Below are positions 41,146 to 54,811 of a stretch of DNA of 64,000 nt, piece after piece. The DNA is from Anaeramoeba ignava BMAN. Lineage: Eukaryota > Protista > Anaeramoebae. Under the pieces are notes generated by a model, which was not told the origin of the DNA, made no database searches, and saw nothing but the letters and a program-made list of their open reading frames with translations. Position 1 is the stretch's first letter. Each line of letters begins with the position of its first letter. A program made the translations under genes and the position numbers. The stretch spans positions 496,001 through 560,000 of the forward strand of contig JAPDFW010000055.1 of NCBI GenBank assembly GCA_028826165.1, in the 5' to 3' direction.

Positions 41146-41380
41146 TTTATTTGGTTTTGTTTCTATAAATTTTTTAAATTAAAAGAGAAAAAAAAAATAA
41201 AAAAAAGGGAAATAAAAGAGAAAAAAAAAAAGGAAAAGAGAAAAAAAAAATGAAAAAAAAAATAATTAAAAAAAAATTTTTTTCTTTTTCTTTTTTTATT
41301 TAAAATAATTTTTCATAATTTTTACTAATCAATTCAAAATAATTTTTTTAATTAATTTTATTTCAAAATTAAAATAAAGA

Positions 41381-41630
41381 ATATTTAATATTTAATTTAT
41401 AAATTAATTTAAAAATATAATTTAATATTTAATTTTATGTTTAAAATAATAATTTATTGTTTTAGATTTAAATATTTTATTATTTAAATATTTAACATAA
41501 AAATATAAAAATGAAAATAGATTTAATTTAATATTTAATTTATAAATTAATTTAAAAAATATAATTTAATATTTAATTTTATTATTAAAATAATAATTTA
41601 TTGTTTTAGATTTAAATATTTTATTATTTA
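41381..41630. repeat. Two-copy ~110-bp AT-rich direct repeat in the eIF4E/BTB intergenic region
   Basis: atatttaatttataaattaatttaaaaa..aataatttattgttttagatttaaatattttattattta occurs twice. Confidence 0.7.
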
Positions 41631-42038
41631 AAAATATTTTGAAAATTGATTTTTGAAATTAAAATTTTATCTTTTTGAATTAAATTGAATTAATATTAAT
41701 TTGGAAATTTGATTTTAAAATTTAAATTTATTAATAATTTTTAAATTCCAAAAAAAAATTAAATTAAAAATTAAATTAAAATAATTTTCCTTTATTTTTT
41801 TAATAAAAAAAATTAATAAAAAATAATAATAATTTATTAATAAATTAATTTAAAATAATAAATTAAAAAGAAAATTAAATTAATTATTAATTTAAATTTA
41901 TTCTCATTTTTTATATTTTTATTTATTTTCAAAATCCACTTTTTTTATTTTTTTTTTTATTTAAATTTTTTTTTTCATTTTTTTCCCTTTTTTTTTAAAT
42001 AAAAACAAAAACAAAAAAACAACAAACAAAAACACAAA

Positions 42039-45000
42039 ATGGATAATAATAATAATAACCAAATTCAAAATGAAAATGCAAATGAAAATGCAAATCAAAA
42101 TGAAATGAAAAATTTAGAAAAAAAAGTAACAAAAAATTTAATTAAAGATTATTCAAACCTTTTAAATGGAAATTCATTTAAAGATTTTTCAATTTTTGTT
42201 GAGAATGAATCAAATCCTTTTGAAATTAAAGTTCATAAATCAATTTTATCTTCAAGATCTCCTTTTTTTAATGAGTTTTTAAGGCAAGAATCTCTTTCTA
42301 TTTCTTTAAATCAATTTAATAAAAAAGAAATGGAATCAATTTTGAGTTATATTTATTATGGAAATATTTCTTTTGAGAATCAAGAAAATCTTATTCAATT
42401 ATTGGAAATTTCAATTTATTTTAAATTAAATTTATTGAAAGAAATTATTCAAAAAAAATTTTAAATTCAATTAATTATTCAAATTTTTCCAATTTTTATT
42501 CCAAAATCGAAATTTAAATTCAAATGAAATTGAAATAAAATGTTTTGAATTAATAAATCAAAATTTTTCCCAAATTCAGAATAATGAAAATTTATTCAAT
42601 TTAACTAAAGAAGAAATTATCAAATTTATTCAATTTAAACAAGAAAAAAAAGAAATTTTTCAATTTGATTTTTTTCAATTTTTAAATAATTGGATTGAAA
42701 AAAGAAATGAAAGATTAAAAGGAAAGAAAGAGAAAGAAAAAGAAAAAGAAAAAGGAATTGAAAAGAAAAGATTATTTCATTCTTTTTTTTCATTATTTGA
42801 TAAAGATTCAATTTCAAAACAAGATTTTGATAAATTAAAACAATTCGATTTTTTTCTTCCTAAATCTTTTTTAATTCATTTTGAAAGAACTATTTTTGAA
42901 ATTAAAGATAAGGAAAAAGAAAAGAAAATCAAAGAAAATGATAAAAGAATCAAAGAAAAAGAAAATAAAATTAAAGAAAAAGATAAGATTCTCAAACAAA
43001 AAGATGAGGAAATCCAAAATCTTAAATTATCTTTTGAGAAAAAAATTGAAAACCAGAAAGAAAAAATCAAAGAAATTCAAAATCAAAATCAAATTGAAAA
43101 TAAATTGATGAAGATTTTTTCAAATTCAGAAATTATTAAAGAGATTGAATATGTTAAGAAATTACAAGAATGGATAAATGATAATAAATTCTTTTCTAAA
43201 ATGAAAAAAGGATTTCAGCAAAAAGAGATGGATTTAATTCTGAAAATTGGCATAAAAAAGTTGATGGGAAAGGAAAAACATTAATTATTATCAAAACAAA
43301 AGATAATTTTATTTTTGGAGGATTTACTCAAGTTGGATGGACAAATGATAAATCAAAATGGAGAGAAGAAGATAGAAAAGATAGTGATGGATATATTCCA
43401 GATCCAAATGCATTTATTTCAAATTAAGAAATGAGAAAATAAAGAAATAGAAAAAAGATAAGTTTACAATTAAAAAGGAAAAATATGCAATTTTTAATAT
43501 TTAGGTTTTGGATCCAACTTTTGGAGGTAAAATAAATAATTTATTTAATAAATAATTATTATTTCAATTTAAAATTAAATTAATAAATAATCCAAAATAT
43601 TAATATAATAAATAATATTATTATTTCAATTTAAAATAAAATTAATTTTAAATTAAATGAATTATTGAATTATTAAAAAAGATTAATTTTATTTTTTGAG
43701 GATTAATTTATATTTAATAAATAAACAAATTATAATTAAAATTAAATTAATAAATAATCCAAAATATTAATATAATAAATAATATTATTATTTTAATTTA
43801 AAATAAAAATAAATTTTAAATTAAATTATTATTAATTATTATTAAAATTAATTATTTATCTTTATTAAAATAGTTTAATAAATATTTATTTTATAATTAA
43901 AAAAAATTAATAAAAATCTAAAAAGAATATAATAAATTATTATTTCAATTTTAAAATGAAATTAATTTTAAATTAAAATATTATTAATTATTATTAAAAT
44001 TAATTATTTATCTTTATTAAAATAGCTTGTAAATAATTTATATTTAATAAATATTTATTATTATAATTAAAATTAAATTAATAAATAATCTAAAAATATT
44101 AATATAATAAATAATATTATTACTTCAATTTAAAATAAAATTAATTTTAAATTAAATTATTATCAATTATTATTAAAATTAATTATTTATTTTTATTAAA
44201 ATAGAATCGTAAATAATTTATATTTAATAAATAAATATTATTATAATTAAAATTAAATTAATAAATAATCCAAAATATTAATATAATAAATAATATTATT
44301 ATTTAAATTTAAAATAAAATTAATTTTAAATTAAATTATTATTAATTATTATTAAAATTAACTATTTATATTTATTAAAATAGTTGGTAAATAATTTATA
44401 TTTAATAAATATTTATTATTATAATTAAAATTAAATTAATAAATAATCCAAAATATTAATATAATAAATAATATTATTATTTAAATTTAAAATAAAATTA
44501 ATTTTAAATTAAATTATTATTAATTATTATTAAAATTAATTTTTATCTTTATTAAAATAGTTGGTAAATAATTTATATTTAATAAATATTTATTATAATT
44601 AAAATTAAATCAATAAATAATCTAAAATATTAATATAATAAATAATATTATTACTTTAAATTTAAAATAAAATTAATTTTAAATTAAATTATTATCAATT
44701 ATTATTAAAATTATTTATTTATCTTTATTAAAATAGAGTGTAAATAATTTATATTTAATAAATATTTATTATTATAATTAAAATTAAATTAATAAATAAT
44801 CCAAAATATTAATATAATAAATAATATTATTATTTCAATTTAAAATAAAATTAATTTTAAATTAAATTATTATTAATTATTATTAAAATTAATTATTTAT
44901 CTTTATTAAAATAGATTGTAAATAATTTATATTTAATAAATATTTATTATTATAATTAAAATTAAATTAATAAATAATCCAAAATATTAATATAATAAAT

Positions 45001-45251
45001 AATATTATTATTTAAATTTAAAATAAAATTAATTTTAAATTAAATTATTATTAAAATTAACTATTTATTTTTATTAAAATATTTATAGGTGATATTGAGT
45101 TAGATCTGATTTACAATCTGGTTATTCAAATTTTGGTAAAAGTTATAATCTACCTAATGGAATTAAATATGGAACAGATGAAGCTAAAAGCTATTTAGCT
45201 GGTTCTTTTGATGAATGGGTTGTTGATGAACTTGAAACTTATTTCATTTAA
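42039..45251 (+). pseudogene. BTB-coiled coil-TLDc gene with several frameshifts (pseudogene or sequencing errors)
   Basis: FKDFSIFV..IKVHKSILSSRSPFF (BTB); AKRDGF..WHKKVDGKGKTLIIIKTKDNFIFGGFT and last exon SNFGKSY..YLAGSFDEWVVDELETYF (TLDc). Confidence 0.7.
43527..45088 (+). repeat. Intron built from ~178-bp tandem units, most bounded by GTAAAT..ATAG
   Basis: Unit starts at 44029, 44209, 44387, 44564, 44740 and 44918, with degenerate copies upstream. Confidence 0.88.
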
Positions 45252-45406
45252 AAACTTTTTTTCATTTTTTTTTCAAAATTTAATTCAATTTTAATTTACT
45301 TTCAATCAAATTAAATTCTTTAAATCAATAAATAAGAAACAAATTTAATTTTAATTTATTTAATTTTAATTTAAAAAGAAGAAAAGAAATTTTATTGAAA
45401 TTTGGA

Positions 45407-46520
45407 TTAAAAACATTTTTGATGAACTATTTTTGGACCATTTTCTTGATAATCTTCTTTAGTAATCCACATTTTAGCAAAATTAGATGTAGAAGCCAAA
45501 ATTGAAGCACCAATCCAAGTGGAAAGCCATCTTTCTGGAGGAGAAATGATTTGTATTTTGATTTTTAGAGGAAGTAATTGAGAAACTTCTTTTTGAATTC
45601 TTTCTGTTAAACCAGGAAATAATGATGAACCACCAGATAAAATGATGTTTTGATACAACTCTTTTCTAATACCAACACTGATTTTGTTAAGTGAATTGCA
45701 AATCATTTGATGAATTCCTTGTGTTTCAATTCCAATTAGTGAAGGTTTAAATAATAATTTCTGTGCATTTGAATTTTTCATTTGATAATTTAATAATTTT
45801 ATCATTCTCCAATTTATATTCCTTTTCAATTCCATTTAATTTTTTGATTTCTTGATCAAAATCAATTGAAACATAACAAGTTTTTTTTTTGAGATCTTCG
45901 ATCATGTCTTTTTCATAAGTTGTTTTAAATTCGATCCCTTTTTGATTGAGATTTTGGATTAAATAATTTGTTATTTCTCTTCCTGCCAAATTAGATTTCA
46001 TAATAGAATCAGGTAAACAAAATCCATCATAAATAGGAACAACAGAAGAAAAATCATCTCCAATTTCAACAATAATTCCTGTTTTTTTTCCTGATTGATA
46101 CATTGCTAACATTGCTGAATTAGCAAGATAAAATGAATGAACATCAAATGATTCAAACATGATTTCCGTAGTTTTTTCCCGATTTTCTTTTGGATTTAAT
46201 GGTGATTCAGTAAATAGAAAGGAATCTTCTTCAGGAATGATTCTTAATTCGTTATAAAATGCATCATACCATATTCTTTCCATATCATCCCAATTTGTTA
46301 TTATTCCATGTTTTATTGGATAGTTTAAATTTAATATTCCACTTTTTGCTTTTGCTGAATCTCCAATATAATATTCTTTTCCTCCAAACATTTGGATTAA
46401 TTCTTTGTTTTTGGGTTTTCCTATTATTGTTGGTAAAATTTTATAAGGTGCATCATCTCCTGCATATCCTACTTTAAGTGTTTGTGATCCGTTATCAATT
46501 ATTATTATTTGTTCTGCCAT
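45407..46520 (-). CDS. Divergent actin / actin-like protein (1-nt frameshift near 45758)
   Basis: IIDNGS..KVGYAGDDAP; YPIKHGIITNWDDMERIW; TESPLNPKENREK; LSGGSSLFPG; WIGASILAS; IVHQKCF. Confidence 0.88.
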
Positions 46521-46861
46521 TATTATTAATAAAAAAAAAGAAAAATAAAAAGATGAAATGAAAAAAATGAAAAAATGAATAAAATGAAAAATGAAAAAAT
46601 TTTGATTTTGATTTCTTCAATGATTTCTTTTTTAATTTTCTTTTTAAATTTGATTTGAATAAATTTTAATTTTGATTTCTTCAATGATTTCTTTTTTAAT
46701 CTTAATTTTGATTTCTTCAATGATTTCTTTTTTAAATTAATAAATCTATTAAATTTGGATTTGTTTGATTTAATTGAAAATAATCAATTCCAATTTTAAG
46801 TTCTTCAATTATTTCTTTTTTAATTTTGATTTTAATTTTGATTTCTTCAATGATTTCTTTT

Positions 46862-48659
46862 TTAAATTAATAAATCTATTAAATTTGGATTTGTTTGATT
46901 TAATTGAAAATAATCAATTCCAATTTGAATTTCATCAATTATTTCTTTTGTAATTTGAATTCCTTTTTTAATTTGGTTTGAATAAATCCAATATTCAAAT
47001 ATTTGAAATGATTTATCACTTAATTCACTATAATCTGTAACTTTATTTGATTTATCTTCAGTTACAGATAAAAACATTCCTCGATATAATTCACTTCTCA
47101 TTATTAATATTAATTTAGGAAATTTATATTGTTTTTCATTTTTTTCAATTATAAAATCTTTTTCATTTTCATTTTCATTTAAATAAATTCTTTTAATTGT
47201 TTCTTCAATTTTTTCATTTAAATTTATAATTTCTTTAATTTTAGAATATAATTTTGGATTTATTTTGGAATTATTTGAATAAATCATTTCAAATATTTGA
47301 TTTGATTTTTGAATTGATTTATTTGAAATAATTTCTTGAAGTTTTTCAATTTGATTTTGATCTTTTGATTTAATCTATATTTCAATATTAATTTATGAGC
47401 TTCTGATTATTTCTCCATTTTTGGTTTTAAATGAAATATCACAAAATTCTTTTCTTTGGAATAGTTTTATCAAATCTTCTTCAAGATTGGAAAAAGGAGA
47501 AGAATAAGAATAGTAAACAAATGATTTTTCATGACCACAAGAAACATGATAATTGGAAATATCTTCATCAAATCTTAATTTAGGAAGTTCAATTTGAATT
47601 GGAATTAATTGCTCATCTTCAGATGTATGTCCTAATTGGCCATAATGATTTTTCCCAAAACCAATCACTCTTCCTTTTGAAGTTAAAATCAAAGTATGAA
47701 AAGCACCAACAGAAATTTCAAGAATATTCTCATTTTCAAATAAAAGTAGTTTAATTTCAGTAAATCGTTTTGCATTATCATTTTTGCCAAGTCCATTATA
47801 TAGAAAGTTTCCACATGAATAAACTTTTCTTTTTGGATTTTGATTTTGATTTTGATTTTGATTTTGATTTTGATTTTGATCTTCAATCAACATGACTGAA
47901 TGCCAAAGAGCAGTTTGAATATCAATTATTTTTCCTTTTGGAATATTTTGGATTTTGGTTGGTTTTGTGATTTCTATTTCTTTTCTTTTTTTTGGTCCTA
48001 ATCCAAGTTGTCCGAAATAATCATCTCCAAAAACAAATAATTCTTGATTTGAATTTAAAAGAAAAACAGTTTTTGAAGAATTTCCTGTAAATATTTTAGA
48101 AACATTTTTCATTATTAAAATTGGGTTTTCTGTCTTTATAAAGCGATTTAAAACCAAATTCGCCATATTCATTTGAACCAAATCGATAAGCATTTTGATT
48201 TGAAGTTAATAAGTAAATAAAATAATCACCAGAAACAATATCTTTAATTATTATATCATTTGTATCTTCAATTAATGATGAAATATTGATAAATTTATTT
48301 GGATTTTCTGTATCATCTGTATTAATATTTTCTCCTTTAGCAAATACATTTCCTTCTATTGTTAAAATAGCTTCATTTTCTTGACCAACAGTTACTTTTT
48401 TAATATTTTCAATTTCGATTTTTTGAGGATTTTGTTCTGAATCGTTTTCTTTTAAATATTCTATTGCTTTTCCATTTTTAAAAAGGAAAATTGTTGAAAA
48501 ACTTGATGAAATTTGTTTAATTTGTTTTTCATTTTCATTTTCATTTTCATTTTCATTTTCATTTTCAAATTTAAATTGAATTGGTTTTGTTATTCTATAG
48601 TAACGAACTTTTTTAATTGTTGGTGATTGATTTAAACCAAAATATAAAATTTCATTCAT
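46862..48659 (-). CDS. RCC1-repeat + BTB-BTB protein, copy 1 (frameshifted)
   Basis: ORFs 48096-48659, 47393-48193, 46862-47287; GQLG, ISVGAFHTL, FCDISF, RSELYRGMF. Confidence 0.8.
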
Positions 48660-48726
48660 TTTAAAAAAGAAAAAAATGAAAAAAATGAAAAATGAAAAAT
48701 GAAAAATTTTAATTTTAATTTTAATA

Positions 48727-50535
48727 TTAATTTTGATTATTAAATTTATTAATTAATAAATCAAATAAATTTGGATTTGTTTGATTTAATTGAAAATAAT
48801 CAATTCCAATTTGAATTTCATCAATTATTTCTTTTGTAATTTCAATTTCTTTTTTAATTTGGTTTGAATAAATCCAATATTCTAATAATTGAAATGATTT
48901 ATTACTTAATTCACTATAATCTGTAACTTTATTAGATTTATCTTCAGTTACAGATAAAAACATTCCTCGATATAATTCACTTCTCATTATTAATATTAAT
49001 TTTGGAAATTTATATTGTTTTTCATTTTTTTCAATAATAAAATCTTTTTCATTTTCATTTAAATAAATTCTTTTCATTATTTCTTCTATTTTTTCATTTA
49101 AATTTATAATTTCTTTAATTTCAGAATATAATATTGGATTTATTTTGGGATTATTTGAATAAATCATTTCAAATATTTGATTTGATTCTTTAATTGATTT
49201 TTTGAAATAATTTCTTGAAGTTTTTCAATTTCATTTTGATTTTGATTTAATCTATATTTCAATATTAATTTATGAGCTTTAATTATTTCTCCATTTTCTG
49301 TTTTAAATGAAATATCACAAAATTCTTTTCTTCCAAATAATTTTATCAAATCTTCTTCAAGATTGGAAAAAGATGAAGGAGAATAATAAAGAAATGATTT
49401 TGAATTACCACAAGAAACATGATAATTAGAAATATCTTCATTAAATCTTAATTTAGGAAGTTTAATTTGAATTGGAATTGATTGACTATTTGTATCTCCA
49501 GTTCCTAATTGATATAAATTATTTAAACCAAATCCTATTAGTTTCCCTTTAGAAGTTAAAATCAAAGTATGATAATATCCAACAGAAATATCAATAATAT
49601 TATCATCATTTTCAAATAAAGATGATTTGATTTCAGTAAATTCATAAGTATCATTATCTTTTCCAAGTCCATTATATGGATAATATCCACATGAATAAAG
49701 TTTTCTTTTTGGATTTTCATTTTCATTTTCATTTTCAATCAACATTATTGAATAGTCGCTTCCACATTGAATATCAATTATTTTTCCTTTTGGAATATTT
49801 TGGATTTTGGTTAATTTTCTGATTTTTTTTTTCCGAAATCCTAATCCAAGAGAACTGTGGTTGTTTTTTCCGCATCCAAATAATTCTTGATTTGAATTTA
49901 AAAGGAAAACAAAACTTGAAGGAGTTCCTGAAAATACTTTAGAAATATTTTTCATCATTAAAATTGGTTTTTGTGTTTTTCTTATTTTTCTGTTTAGATT
50001 TTTGTGTTTTTTAATAATTATTTTAGAACTAAGACTAAGTTCACCAAATTTATTTGAACCAATTCCGTAAACATTTTGATTTGAAGTTAATAAATAAATT
50101 GATTGATATCCGTAAACAATATCTTTAATTATTCTATCATTTGTATCTTCAATTAATGATGAAATATTGATAAATTGTCTTCGATTTTTTGAATTAATAT
50201 CATATCCTTTGGCAAATACATTTCCTTCTTTTGTTAAAATAGCTTCATTTTGATAACCAACAGTTACTTTTTGAATATTTTCTTCAATTTGGATTTTTTC
50301 ATTGAAAATCTGATTTGGATTGAAATATCTTAAATATTCTATTGCTTTTCCATTTTCAAAAAGGAAAATTGTTGAAGCACCACTTGATGCAATTTGTTTA
50401 ATTTGTTTTTCATTTTCATTTTCATTTTTCATTTTCATTTTCAAATTTAAATTGAATTGGTTTTGTTATTTCATCTGATTTATTTTTTAAAATAATTGGA
50501 TATTGATTTTGACCAAAAAATAAACAATCATTCAT
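48727..50535 (-). CDS. RCC1-repeat + BTB-BTB protein, copy 2 (frameshifted)
   Basis: ATG at 50535 (MNDCLFFG); ORFs 49164-50444 and 48727-49167. Confidence 0.8.
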
Positions 50536-50652
50536 TTTTTGAAATGAAAAAAATGAAAAATGAAAAAATGAATTTTAATTTGAATTTGAATTTTAATTTT
50601 AATTTTAATTTTAATTTTAATTTTAATTTTAATTTTAATTTTAATTTTAATT

Positions 50653-52672
50653 TTAATTTTTGATTTTAATTTTAATTTTAATTTTAATTTTAATTTTAAT
50701 TTTAATTTTAATTTTAATTTTAATTTTAATTTTGATTTTAATTTTGATTTTAATTTTAATTTTGATTTTGATTATTAAATTTTTAATTAATAAATCAATT
50801 AAATTTGGATTTGTTTGATTTAATTGAAAATAATCAATTCCAGTTTCTAATTCATCAATTATTTCTTTTGTAATTTGAATTTCTTCTTTAATTTGATTTG
50901 AATAAATCCAATATTCAAATAATTCAAATGATTTATTACTTAATTCACTATAATCTGTAACTTTATTTGATTTATCTTCTGTTACAGATAAAAACATTCC
51001 CCGATATAATTCACTTCTCATTATTAATATTAATTTTGGGAATTTATATTGTTTTTCATTTCTTTCAATTATAAAATCTTTTTCATTTTCATTTTCATTT
51101 AAATAAATTCTTTTCATTGTTTCTTCTATTTTTTCATTTGAATTTATAATTTCTTTAATTTTAGAATATAATATTGGATTTATTTTGGAATTATTTGAAT
51201 AAATCATTTCAAATATTTGATTTGATTCTTTAATTGATTTATTTGAAATAATTTCTTGAAGTTTATCAATTTGATTTTCATTTTGATTTAATCTATATTT
51301 CAATATTAATTTATGAGCTTTAATTATTTCTCCATTTTTGGTTTTAAATGAAATATCACAAAATTCTTTTCTTCTAAATAGTTTTATCAAATCTTCTTCA
51401 AGATTGGAAAAAGATGGAGGAGAATAATAAAGAAATGATCTATTATATCCACAATAAATATGATAATTAGAAATATCTTCATTAAATCTTAATTTAGGAA
51501 GTTCAATTTGAATTGGAATTGATTGACTATTTGTATCTCCAGTTCCTAATTGATATAAATTATTTAAACCAAATCCAAAAAGTTTCCCTTTAGAAGTTAA
51601 AATCAAAGTATAATAGTATCCAACAGAAATATCAATAATATTATCATCATTTTCAAATAAAGATAATTTGATTTCAGTAAATTCATAAGTATCTCCATTT
51701 TTGCCAAGTCCATTATATAGATAATTTCCGCATGAATAAAGTTTTCTTTTTGGATTTTCATTTTGATTTTGATTTTCAATCAACATTATTGAATAGTCAC
51801 TTCCACATTTAATATCAATTATTTTGCCTTTTGGAATATTTTGGATTTTGGTTAATTTTCTGATTTGTTTTTTCCGAAATCCTAATCCAAGAGAACTGTG
51901 GTTGTTTTTTCCGCATCCAAATAATTCTTGATTTGAATTTAAAAGGAAAACATGTTCAGAAGAAGCTCCTGAAAATACTTTAGAAACATTTTTCATCATT
52001 AAAATTGGTTTTTGTGTTTTTCTTATTTTTCTGTTTAGATTTTTGTGTTTTTTAATAATTATTTTAGAACTAAGACTAAGTTGACCAAATTTATTTGAAC
52101 CAATTCCGTAAACATTTTGATTTGAAGTTAATAAGTAAATTGATTGATATCCGTAAACAATATCTTGAATTATTCTATCATTTGTATCTTCAATTAATGA
52201 TGAAATATTGATAAATTCTTTTGGATTTCTTGAATTAATATCTTTTCCTTTTGCAAATACATTTCCTTCTTTTGTTAAAATAGCTTCATTTTGATAACCA
52301 ACAGTTACTTTTTGAATATTTTTCAATTTGGATTTTTTGAGGATTTTGATTTGAATCATTTTCATTTAAATATTCTATTGCTTTTCCATTTTCAAAAAGG
52401 AAAATTGTTGATAAATAACCTGTTGAAATTTGTTTAATTTGTTTTTCATTTTCATTTTCATTTTCATTTTCATTTTCATTTTTATTTTCATTTTCATTTT
52501 CATTTTCATTTTCATTTTCATTTTCATTTTCATTTTCATTTTCATTTTCATTTTCATTTTCATTTTCATTTTCATTTTTAAGTTTAAATTGAATTGGTTT
52601 TGTTATTTTATCTGATTTATTTTTTAAAATAATTGGATATTGATTGTAACCAAAAAATAAACAATCATTCAT
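50653..52672 (-). CDS. RCC1-repeat + BTB-BTB protein, copy 3 (frameshifted)
   Basis: ORFs 52286-52672 and 50653-52365. Confidence 0.8.
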
Positions 52673-52957
52673 TTTTGAAATGAAAAAAATGAAAAATGAA
52701 AAAATGAATTTTAATTTTAATTTTAATTTTAATTTTAATTTTAATTTTAATTTTAATTTTAATTTTAATTTTAATTTTAATTTTAATTTTAATTTTAATT
52801 TTAATTTTAATTTTAATTTTAATTTTAATTTTAATTTTAATTTTAATTTTTAATTTTAATTTTAATTTTAATTTTAATTTTAATTTTAATTTTAATTTTA
52901 ATTTTGATTTTAATTTTAATTTTAATTTTGATTTTAATTTTAATTTTAATTTTAATT

Positions 52958-54751
52958 TTAATTTTGATTATTAAATTTGTTAATTAATAAATCAATTAAA
53001 TTTGGATTTGTTTGATTTAATTGAAAATAATCAATTCCAATTTTAAGTTCATCAATTATTTCTTGTGTAATTTGAATTTCTTCTTTAATTTGATTTGAAT
53101 AAATCCAATATTCAAATATTTGAAATGATTTATTACTTAATTCACTATAATCTGTAACTTTATTAGATTTATCTTCAGTTACATATAAAAACATTCCTCG
53201 ATATAATTCACTTCTCATTATTAATATTAATTTATGGAATTTATATTGTTTTTCTTTTCTTTCAATTATAAAATATTTTTCATTTTCATTTTCATTTAAA
53301 TAAATTCTTTTCATTGTTTCTTCAATTTTTTCATTTGAATTTATAATTTCTTTAATTTCAGAATATAATTTTGGATTTATTTTGGAATTGTTTGAATAAA
53401 TCATTTCAAATATTTGATTTGATTCTTTAATTGATTTATTTGAAATAATTTCTTTAAGTTTTTCAATTTCATTTTGATTTTGATTTAATCTATATTTCAA
53501 TATTAATTTATGAGCTTCAATTATTTCTCCATTTTTGGTTTTAAATGAAATATCACAAAATTCTTTTCTTCTAAATAATTTTATCAAATCTTCTTCAAGA
53601 TTGGAAAAAGAAAAAGGAGAGTAATAAAGAAATGAACTATCATATCCACAAGAAATATGATAATTAGAAATATCTTCATTAAATCTTAATTTAGGAATTT
53701 CAATTTGAATTGGAATTGATTGATTATTTATATTTCCAGTTCCTAATTGACATAAATTATTTAAACCAAATCCAAAAAGTTTCTCTTTGGAAGTTAAAAT
53801 CAAACTATGAGCATTTCCACAAGAAAAATCAATAATATTATCATCATTTTCAAATAAAGATGATTTTATTTCAGTAAATTCATAAGTATCTTCATTTTTT
53901 CCAAGTCCATTAAAATTAGCAAATCCACATGAATAAAGTTTTCTTTTTGGATTTTGATTTTGATTTTGATTTTCAATCAGCATTATTGAATAAATAACAC
54001 CACATTGAATATCAATTATTTCACCTTTTGGAATATTTTGGATTTTGGTTAATTTTTGGATTTTTTCTTCTTTTCTTGATTCTCCTAATCCAAGTTGTCC
54101 ATATCCATTATATCCGCATCCAAATAATTCTTGATTTGAATTTAAAAGAAAAACATGAACTGAAATATTTCCTGAAAATATTTTAGAAACATTTTTCATT
54201 ATTAAAATTGGTTTTTCTGTTTTTGGAAGTGTTTTAGAATCAAAACCAAGTTGACCATATTCATTTGAACCAATTCCATAAACATTTTTATTTGAAGTTA
54301 ATAAATAAATTGAACTTTCTCCAGAAACAATATCTTCAATTATTCTATCATTTGTATCTTCAATTAATGATGAGATATTGATAAATTTATTTGGATTTTT
54401 TGGATTAATATTATATCCTTTTGAAAATATATTTCCTTCTTTTGTTAAAATAGCTTCATTTTCATAACCAACAGTTACTTTTTGAATATTTTCTTCAATT
54501 TGGATTTTTTGAGGATTTTGATTTGAATCATTTTCATTTAAATATTCTATTGCTTTTCCATTTTTAAAAAGGAAAGTTGTTCCAAAATAGCCTGTTGAAA
54601 TTTGTTTAATTTGTTTTTCATTTTCATTTTCATTTTCATTTTCATTTTCATTTTCAAATTTAAATTGAATTGGTTTTATTATTGTTGTTTCTGTTTCATT
54701 TTTGATAAGAGTTGGATATTGATTTCTTCCAAAAAATAAAATTTCATTCAT
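52958..54751 (-). CDS. RCC1-repeat + BTB-BTB protein, copy 4
   Basis: Intact 597-aa ORF; GSNEYGQLG, GYNGYGQLG, CGNAHSL, FCDISF..AHKLIL. Confidence 0.9.
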   Translation of the reverse strand: MNEILFFGRNQYPTLIKNETETTIIKPIQFKFENENENENENENEKQIKQISTGYFGTTFLFKNGKAIEYLNENDSNQNPQKIQIEENIQKVTVGYENEAILTKEGNIFSKGYNINPKNPNKFINISSLIEDTNDRIIEDIVSGESSIYLLTSNKNVYGIGSNEYGQLGFDSKTLPKTEKPILIMKNVSKIFSGNISVHVFLLNSNQELFGCGYNGYGQLGLGESRKEEKIQKLTKIQNIPKGEIIDIQCGVIYSIMLIENQNQNQNPKRKLYSCGFANFNGLGKNEDTYEFTEIKSSLFENDDNIIDFSCGNAHSLILTSKEKLFGFGLNNLCQLGTGNINNQSIPIQIEIPKLRFNEDISNYHISCGYDSSFLYYSPFSFSNLEEDLIKLFRRKEFCDISFKTKNGEIIEAHKLILKYRLNQNQNEIEKLKEIISNKSIKESNQIFEMIYSNNSKINPKLYSEIKEIINSNEKIEETMKRIYLNENENEKYFIIERKEKQYKFHKLILIMRSELYRGMFLYVTEDKSNKVTDYSELSNKSFQIFEYWIYSNQIKEEIQITQEIIDELKIGIDYFQLNQTNPNLIDLLINKFNNQN

Positions 54752-54811
54752 TTTTTAAAAAAGAAAAAAATGAAAAATGAAAAATGAAAAAATGAAAAAT
54801 GAATTTTAATT

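Noticed and set aside
43527-45088. CRISPR-like repeat/spacer appearance
   Set aside because: Repeats are ~175 bp with 3-4-nt spacers inside a eukaryotic intron, and no cas genes are present.
37195-52330. Many 1-nt frameshifts that might suggest programmed frameshifting or mass pseudogenisation
   Set aside because: Most sit in A/T homopolymers or microsatellites and the flanking protein sequence is conserved, so long-read indel error is the simplest explanation. Short-read polishing would decide.
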